From an uncultured Clostridia bacterium (GTDB taxonomy: Bacteria > Bacillota > Clostridia > Christensenellales > UBA1242), in assembly GCA_947625955.1 (NCBI GenBank), contig CANQQH010000021.1:1-12149 (forward strand): a stretch of 12,149 bases of DNA. The letters are read 5' to 3'. The translations under genes and the position numbers were made by a program. Below, one piece after another: positions 1-5,671 of this stretch. The notes under the pieces were generated by a model. That model made no database searches. It saw only the letters and a list, made by a program, of their open reading frames with translations, and had not been told where the DNA came from. Each line of letters begins with the position of its first letter. Position 1 is the stretch's first letter.

Positions 1-95
1 GTATAGATCCAAATCAATAATCATTTTTGCACCTCAAAATTATTATACAATACCCGCCGCAAATTGTCTAGCCATTCAAAAAGTTGCATCAAACG

Positions 96-124
96 TTGAA
101 AATTTTCAAGCCGTGGTATATAAT
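96..124 (+). promoter_or_regulatory. sigma70-like promoter: TTGAAA (96-101), 17-nt spacer, TATAAT (119-124), upstream of the 154..954 CDS; GGGAG RBS at 143-147
   Basis: Hexamers read directly from the sequence with canonical spacing. RBS lies 6 nt before the ATG at 154. Confidence 0.5.
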
Positions 125-153
125 GATTATAATAAAAGGCATGGGAGCAAATT

Positions 154-954
154 ATGAGTGGAGATTATAGTCCAGCAATGAAAGAAGAGTTCATGAATCT
201 TTTGAAAAAACAAAACATTCCGCTTTATGGCCCCACTGGGCACACATTGGATTATAGTGAGCTCGACCCCGACAAAGACGGCAACATGGCTTGCGTTCCA
301 ACAGCAGGGCAGGATTTAGATATGCTTGATTCGAACTATAAAGTTGTTTTGTCTCCCGATGTTAGTCAAAAATTTAGAGACATCATGATGAAAGCTGCCA
401 ACATCAACTATGAAGGCTCAAAAACAGAAATTGGTTTTCTTATGGTGGGCGAAGAAAAACCAGACAAAACTATTGCAATTAACAGAATGGAAATATACAG
501 CATGAATATTGGACGCGCTGGTTTTAATGATGCTCAGCACGACCTCTTAATGAAACTTGTTGACATCATGAAAGCCTATGGCGAAAAGAATAACAGAAAG
601 CCATTTTTTATTTTCGGTCACACCCACCCTGAGCAGCGCGAATTTCAAAACTTTGTTTCCAATTCTTGGAGCCTTGGCGACCTTTGGTCAAGTTATGTTG
701 CCAATAAAGTCTTACGAGGCAGAGTGCAATATGCAGATTTGTTAATAACTCCTTCTATGGATACCAACCTTTTATTTTTCGAAGATGGCAAAGTCGTTGA
801 TGAAAATTTCAAGGGCTTTTATAGATTTGCAGAAGGGATTCATTTAACCGACCTTAATGGGAAAATTGAGAGAATAAACCATGCCTACTCCGACCCAAAC
901 AGTGCGCCGCAACGACTCGACCCAAAACAATATAGCCCAGACATCTTGAAATAG
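154..954 (+). CDS. Candidate JAB/MPN+ (JAMM-like) metalloprotease-fold protein, 266 aa
   Basis: ORF with good RBS and promoter. Motifs: E92-x-x-G-x-L-x-x-G (EIGFLMVG), FIFGH156-T-H158-P, and S173-L-G-D176. These resemble the JAMM pattern E...HxH...SxxD, but the HxH-to-S spacing is longer than the canonical 7. The CDS call is firm; the family call is tentative. Confidence 0.8.
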   Translation: MSGDYSPAMKEEFMNLLKKQNIPLYGPTGHTLDYSELDPDKDGNMACVPTAGQDLDMLDSNYKVVLSPDVSQKFRDIMMKAANINYEGSKTEIGFLMVGEEKPDKTIAINRMEIYSMNIGRAGFNDAQHDLLMKLVDIMKAYGEKNNRKPFFIFGHTHPEQREFQNFVSNSWSLGDLWSSYVANKVLRGRVQYADLLITPSMDTNLLFFEDGKVVDENFKGFYRFAEGIHLTDLNGKIERINHAYSDPNSAPQRLDPKQYSPDILK

Positions 955-978
955 AAACTGGGCGGCGGACTTTTAATA

Positions 979-1009
979 TAAAAAAATCGGCAACCCGCCG
1001 ATTTTTTTG
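979..1009. terminator. Bidirectional rho-independent terminator: A-tract, GC-rich hairpin (atcggc / aaccc / gccgat), T-tract
   Basis: Stem 986-991 pairs with 997-1002, loop of 5 nt, flanked by aaaaaaa (979-985) and ttttttt (1003-1009). It sits between the convergent genes 154..954(+) and 1023..1754(-). Confidence 0.6.
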
Positions 1010-1022
1010 TGTTGTTATTTTA

Positions 1023-1754
1023 TTAAAAAATAATTCTGTTCTTTTTCAAAAAGTCGATGATTTGGTCAACAGGGATTGCAAAATTCATGCCTTCGGCGCT
1101 ATCAATTCCCGAAACAATTGCGCCGATAACCTTTCCATTTTCGTTGAAAATTGGGCCGCCAGAGTTGCCACCGTTAACAGCGCAGTCGGTCATGAGAAGC
1201 ATCTTGCCGTTGACATTTCGGCTCTTGTCGCTAACAACGCCGCTTGTTATGCAGGTTCCATAGCCGAGCGAGTTGCCAACAACATAGACCTTTTCGCCAA
1301 TCCTGACCTTTTTGAAGTCTTCGAACTTCATGGTTTTGGCTTCGCGTGGAAGATTTTTTATTTTCACAAGTGCAAGGTCCACCCCCGCCCCTGAGCCGTG
1401 ACGATCGTCGCCAAGCGCAACAACCTCAGCCGACACATTCTTTCCGCAGAGCTTCACGTCAACATTTTTGCACGAAGTTCCGTCTTCAAAGGTCACAACG
1501 TGAGTGTTCGTGATGGCGTAGCCAAGCTCATTAATCAAAAAGCCCGAACCCGAATGAACATACCTTCCGTCTGCCCATCGAATTTCAAGGATGCCATTGA
1601 TGTTCTTTTCAAAAACATCGGCGCCGCCTGACGCCTCCTTTGAACTTTTCGACGAAACCAAGTCGCTTTCACTATAAACTTGCCCGCAATAGACGCACCT
1701 AAACTTGCCGCCCTCAATCTGCTCGCAATTTCCATTACAAATTTTGCATTTCAT
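1023..1754 (-). CDS. N-terminal zinc-ribbon fused to a trypsin-like (S1 / Trypsin_2-type) serine protease, 243 aa
   Basis: N-terminus reads MKCKICNGNC...FRCVYCG (CxxC...CxxC). Catalytic triad context: ...ITNTH*VV, D*LALVKI, GNS*GGPIF (classic GxSGG serine motif). RBS AAGGAG lies 9 nt upstream. Separated by 22 nt from the upstream TIR gene, so same operon. Confidence 0.9.
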   Translation of the reverse strand: MKCKICNGNCEQIEGGKFRCVYCGQVYSESDLVSSKSSKEASGGADVFEKNINGILEIRWADGRYVHSGSGFLINELGYAITNTHVVTFEDGTSCKNVDVKLCGKNVSAEVVALGDDRHGSGAGVDLALVKIKNLPREAKTMKFEDFKKVRIGEKVYVVGNSLGYGTCITSGVVSDKSRNVNGKMLLMTDCAVNGGNSGGPIFNENGKVIGAIVSGIDSAEGMNFAIPVDQIIDFLKKNRIIF

Positions 1755-1776
1755 AATACACTTCTCCTTTGATTTA

Positions 1777-4700
1777 CTAGGTTCTTTTCCAACCCGAGCA
1801 CATCTTCAATTTTTCTGCCGCATCTTCAGGTGACAATTTATTAAAGTTTGTGTAGGTGTTCATCATCAGTCCTGAACCTGTTATCCACTCACCAGTTATA
1901 TATGCTGTTTCCAAGCCCGAAAAATTGAAGGCATCATCGCCAATTATTGTAACGGACGATGGAATTCTGATAGTTTTGAGAGACTTGCTATGTTCAAACG
2001 CACTTTGACCAATGTTGGTAACATTCCCCAAAAGAACTTTTGAGAGATTGCCGCAACTTCTAAATGCTTTATCGCCAATTACAAATGTGCTTGAAACTGT
2101 GCTGAGGTCAACGGTTTCAAGGCTCTCGCAAAATTCAAACGCGCCTTCGCCAATACCTGTTAGGCTGTTTCCAAATTGAACTGTTTTAAGGTTCCTGCAA
2201 TTTGAGAACGAGCTTTTGCCAATGCTTGTTAGGCCATTTCCAAAGTATACTTCTTGAAGGCTGTTGTTGCCCTCAAATGCATAGTCGTCAATTTCGGTGA
2301 GGCCGTTTCCAAAGTATATCACGCTGAGCTTCTTGCAGTTTTTGAATGTATAGTTATAGCCGCCGATAAGCTTTCTCTTCGCGCGGAACTGCATGGTTTC
2401 CACTCCGTCGCCAATGCTGAGCACGGTGAGTTGGCTGCATCTATCGAATGCCTGTTTGCCAATTTCGGTCACATTGTTTCCAATGTAGATTTCGTTGATT
2501 TTGTCGTTCCAATAGAAGGCTTTTGAGCTGATGGCCGTGTAGCTCTCTGGAATGATGAGTTTCTTTATGGTCTTGGTTCTTATACCGTTATTGAACTTTT
2601 TGCCAACTGCTGTCACTGGCTTGCCACGGTAGGTTTCAGGCAGCACGAGTTCGCCGTCGAACCCTTTGAGGGTGCCGAGCGAACGGATGGTGTAGCCGCT
2701 GTCGTTTTTGTCCATACGCGCGATGATTGCGTCGTCGTAGTAAACAGAGGTGGTGTTGTTTTTATAAACATAGGAAAGGCCAATAACCGCAACGCAGATA
2801 ACAAGAGGAATCAGCATTTTGAATATTGAGCCAACGCCCCTGACATTTTGAATCATTATAATGTCGAGAATTATCAACAGCACGCCAAGCAGCATATAGA
2901 GAAGAAGGAAGAAGTTGCTCTCAAAGATACCAACCGAAACAATATAGAACGCGCTGTTATAGCCAAGATAACCGCAAACTGGAATGAAGAGCAGCACCGC
3001 TGAGCATAAAAGCGAGATAATCAATAGGATTGAGCAAACAACTTTCGTCGCCAAGCGCTTTCTTTTTCTGTGGGCAAATTCTTTTTGCCTATCAATGATT
3101 TGATTGACTTTCAATAGTTCTTTCTTGATGCCAATTTCGCTAAGCTTTGTTGCCACATCGCGGATTTCAAATAGGATTGGGTCTTGGCTGACATTCTTTT
3201 TGATGCTGAAAACATAGCTTTCGTCTGGCAACTTATGTTTTTTGCAAAAATCGCGATAGAGCTTTTGCACTTTTTCTTCGAGTTCTTGTATCTCATTCCT
3301 ACGAGATTCCATGAACTTGTTGGTTTCTCGCATATGATAATCATCAATTGCCTTTTGGATTTGTGCGGAATAGTTGAAAATCTCGGTTTTGGAAGGTCTC
3401 AGGTGTTTGATAACATCGTCGAACTCTTCGGGCTTTGACAAAAGCTTGCTATATTGATCAATCGTCTTTTTGAAGATCATATATTTGTTTGCATTCTGCT
3501 TCTCAGGATGAACTTCATTAAATTGCGTTATCGCGTCGAGATAGTCTTTGTCGCGCGAAATGAAGTCGGTGAGATGCACGAGTTCAAGCAGGTTCCCTAT
3601 TCTGCGCTTTATCAAGAACTTGTTGAAATACGCGTCATAGTTATGAACATCAGTTTGCAAAAGCAAGTCGTTATAGCTATCCGCCATCTCAAAGTTTGGC
3701 TTTCTCTTTGCTTCAGCAAGCCCGAGCAGGTTGTCAATGAACTGTTGGAGATAGTCAATGAAGAGCGTGTCTTGCTTCTTTGGAATCATCTTCAAAACAA
3801 AGTCGAAGATTTTGCTTGCCTGCTCATCCTTTTCGGCTTTCACAAGGTCAATAACTTGCGCAAAAATCTTGCTTGTTGCGTAGTCGTTGAAGCCATAGGA
3901 ATAAACTTCCTTTTCAAGCACATCAAAGTTCTTCTCGTTTTTCAAAAACTCAGGAAGTTCTTTCTTGTTTGAAAGGTTCTTGATTGCAAAGTTTTCATAG
4001 AGCGCTTCCTTATCCGACTTGTCAACTTCCAAAATGTTCGCATAGCAGAGGTTGCGCGACTTTGGCACCTTGCTCAAAAACTCGCGGTTCATTTTGATAT
4101 ATTTGTCTGTGTTGGTTATGGTTTTCAAAACGCTCTTGAAGGTTTCTTCGTCTTTTGTGTCGAGCGCCTCGCGATACATGATGTCTGCGAGTTCGCTGAT
4201 CTTGGCTGGCGACGACTCAGGCAGCGAGATATACTCTTCAAATTCCCTCAAATGCTTGTGATACTTAACTCTCGAATAGAGCGCGTCATAATAAACCGCC
4301 CTCTTCGCTGGGTCAGACTCGGTGGAAATAGCCTTTTCAATGTTGTCGAAATCATAAAGTGCTCTTTTCTTTGCGATATATTGCTGCACATTTTGGCATC
4401 TGGTGTCTGCCAGTTCCAAAATCCAATATGCCGCGCTGAGCTTTGGCCTTTCCTTGATGAGGCTCTCGGCCATTGAGCTCGCCGTCACATAGTCTTCTTC
4501 ATCCAAGAAGTTTTGAAGCGTGCCGATTTGCGCGTGGTCGGACGCTGAAACAACGCCATTTCTCTCAATTTTGAGGTCGCGCTTCTTGATTTGTTGCTCA
4601 ATTACATTCTTCTTTTCAACATTGATTTTTCCGTATTCCTTACGGTCGATGTCTGGAATACGGTTCTTGCTTTCAGAGTACTTACCAACGAAGCTGATGA

Positions 4701-5619
4701 TCTTGTCTTTTGCGTCGAACTCGTCGAGCGCAATACCTTGAATTTTTCCGCTGACGCCCGGCAACCTTTCAATAATCTTGCCATTTTTGAACGCAAAAGT
4801 GATGCTGTTGAGGTGTTTTTCCTCATTCTTTATCATCTGCAAGAATCTTGTGTATTCATTCTGCACCCATTGAGTGTGGAGATAGGATTCGTCGAGGCAG
4901 ACAATGATCATGCAAGGCGAAGAATAGAGCGCATAGAGAATGTATGCCTCATAGTCAACACCGAGATTTTTGTTGAGAACTTCTTCCGAAAAGAATGGAT
5001 TGAAGCCCGCTTCTTTGAGCGCCTTATAGAGTTTCTCTGCCTCGAAATAGTCTTCGGTATGCCTTTTCTTGTTGTCGACTTCGCTGACCTTTGTACAGAT
5101 GAAGCAGTCATAGCTAACACCCGAACTTTTGAGTTCGTTGAACTTGTTCCTTATGTCGTCAATTTCGGTGCCTTTTTGATAATAGACCTTCTTTTGCTCA
5201 GGAGTTGCAAGGTCGAGCGCCTTTTTATAGTTCTTGTCTTCGGTGAACTTTTTGTTGATGACCTCATAGCAAATTGGTTGAAGACATTTCTTCACCTCTT
5301 TGGTGTTTTCGTCTTCGCGCAAACTATTCAAATATTGCACTTTTGCGTTTGCAAGCGCCATTCCAAAGTAGGCTTCGGGCTCTTCTTCGTCTTGCTCGGC
5401 AGCCTTTTGATACATCTGGTATGCGTCTTCAAATCGTCCCTTGTCAAGATCGCGTTCAGCCTCTTTCAAAAGGTCGATAACGCTTTCAGCGGCCTCATGC
5501 TTTGGAACTGTGAATGAACTGTTACAATATTTGCATATAATAACCCCATTTTTTGCTTCGTTGATGTCCAAATCCCCTTGACAGTTCGTACACTTTAATT
5601 GCGTTAGAAGCAGGCTCAT
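1777..5619 (-). CDS. 1280-aa multidomain protein: Zn-ribbon / TPR-like / TIR domain / long alpha-helical solenoid region / 3-4 TM helices / C-terminal BspA-type leucine-rich repeats
   Basis: Long ORF with an AAGGAG RBS. Domains by eye: CxxC...CxxC at aa 10-32. TIR-like block at aa ~170-300 (YDCFICTK...EDYFEAEKLYKALKEAGFNPFF...CMIIVCLDESYLHTQWVQNEYTRF), which aligns well to bacterial TIRs such as TcpB. Hydrophobic helices at aa ~860-952. Repeats of ~23 aa, FGNGLTxIGxxAFxxCxxLxxV, at aa ~1021-1245. Confidence 0.9.
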   Translation of the reverse strand: MSLLLTQLKCTNCQGDLDINEAKNGVIICKYCNSSFTVPKHEAAESVIDLLKEAERDLDKGRFEDAYQMYQKAAEQDEEEPEAYFGMALANAKVQYLNSLREDENTKEVKKCLQPICYEVINKKFTEDKNYKKALDLATPEQKKVYYQKGTEIDDIRNKFNELKSSGVSYDCFICTKVSEVDNKKRHTEDYFEAEKLYKALKEAGFNPFFSEEVLNKNLGVDYEAYILYALYSSPCMIIVCLDESYLHTQWVQNEYTRFLQMIKNEEKHLNSITFAFKNGKIIERLPGVSGKIQGIALDEFDAKDKIISFVGKYSESKNRIPDIDRKEYGKINVEKKNVIEQQIKKRDLKIERNGVVSASDHAQIGTLQNFLDEEDYVTASSMAESLIKERPKLSAAYWILELADTRCQNVQQYIAKKRALYDFDNIEKAISTESDPAKRAVYYDALYSRVKYHKHLREFEEYISLPESSPAKISELADIMYREALDTKDEETFKSVLKTITNTDKYIKMNREFLSKVPKSRNLCYANILEVDKSDKEALYENFAIKNLSNKKELPEFLKNEKNFDVLEKEVYSYGFNDYATSKIFAQVIDLVKAEKDEQASKIFDFVLKMIPKKQDTLFIDYLQQFIDNLLGLAEAKRKPNFEMADSYNDLLLQTDVHNYDAYFNKFLIKRRIGNLLELVHLTDFISRDKDYLDAITQFNEVHPEKQNANKYMIFKKTIDQYSKLLSKPEEFDDVIKHLRPSKTEIFNYSAQIQKAIDDYHMRETNKFMESRRNEIQELEEKVQKLYRDFCKKHKLPDESYVFSIKKNVSQDPILFEIRDVATKLSEIGIKKELLKVNQIIDRQKEFAHRKRKRLATKVVCSILLIISLLCSAVLLFIPVCGYLGYNSAFYIVSVGIFESNFFLLLYMLLGVLLIILDIIMIQNVRGVGSIFKMLIPLVICVAVIGLSYVYKNNTTSVYYDDAIIARMDKNDSGYTIRSLGTLKGFDGELVLPETYRGKPVTAVGKKFNNGIRTKTIKKLIIPESYTAISSKAFYWNDKINEIYIGNNVTEIGKQAFDRCSQLTVLSIGDGVETMQFRAKRKLIGGYNYTFKNCKKLSVIYFGNGLTEIDDYAFEGNNSLQEVYFGNGLTSIGKSSFSNCRNLKTVQFGNSLTGIGEGAFEFCESLETVDLSTVSSTFVIGDKAFRSCGNLSKVLLGNVTNIGQSAFEHSKSLKTIRIPSSVTIIGDDAFNFSGLETAYITGEWITGSGLMMNTYTNFNKLSPEDAAEKLKMCSGWKRT
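1885..2559 (-). other. BspA-type leucine-rich repeat array (LRR_5-like), ~9 repeats of ~23 aa, at the C-terminus of the 1280-aa protein
   Basis: Repeated consensus hxxV-x-FGNxLTxIGxxAFxxCxxLxxV, typical of Treponema/Bacteroides/Listeria-type surface LRRs. Confidence 0.7.
2764..3042 (-). other. Transmembrane helix cluster (3-4 predicted TM segments) of the 1280-aa protein, preceded by a polybasic HRKRKRL stretch
   Basis: Hydrophobic runs VVCSILLIISLLCSAVLLFIPV, (AFYIVSVGIF), FFLLLYMLLGVLLIILDIIMI and IFKMLIPLVICVAVIGLSYVY. Positive-inside rule suggests the N-terminal TIR half is cytoplasmic. Confidence 0.6.
4720..5112 (-). other. TIR domain region of the 1280-aa protein (aa ~170-300); putative catalytic Glu at aa 255 (nt 4855-4857) in WVQNE*Y
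   Basis: Aligns to the TIR alphaC motif W-x-x-x-E-L (WPARELDGL in TcpB; WCLDEL in plant TIRs). The YD-[FC]-F-I-[SC] opening strand is present. Confidence 0.7.
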
Positions 5620-5671
5620 AATTTTCTCCTTTGTATTATGTCTATTTGTTGTGTTTAGCCGTTAGCACTTT

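Noticed and set aside
619-633. HTH in GHTHPE read as a helix-turn-helix DNA-binding hint
   Set aside because: It is a His-Thr-His tripeptide, more consistent with a JAMM-like HxH metal-binding motif than with a DNA-binding HTH fold.
1057-1631. Plus-strand ORFs of 68, 110 and 77 aa overlapping the protease gene
   Set aside because: Antisense to a CDS with an intact trypsin catalytic triad. No RBS. Rejected as spurious.
1023-1754. Protease as an HtrA/DegP periplasmic chaperone-protease
   Set aside because: It has no signal peptide or PDZ domain. It has an N-terminal zinc ribbon and is operon-coupled to cytoplasmic-type proteins, so a generic Trypsin_2-like call is safer.
1885-2559. Possible DNA-level tandem repeat or CRISPR-like periodicity in the LRR-coding region
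   Set aside because: The periodicity is at the protein level (~23-aa LRR units, degenerate at the nucleotide level). There are no identical direct repeats or unique spacers, so it is not a CRISPR array or a satellite.
4591-5517. 308-aa ORF on the plus strand (plus several other 60-170-aa plus-strand ORFs between 2254 and 5480)
   Set aside because: They lie antisense inside the 1777..5619 gene, whose TIR, TM and LRR domains are well supported. They are low-complexity shadow ORFs with no RBS or recognisable domains.
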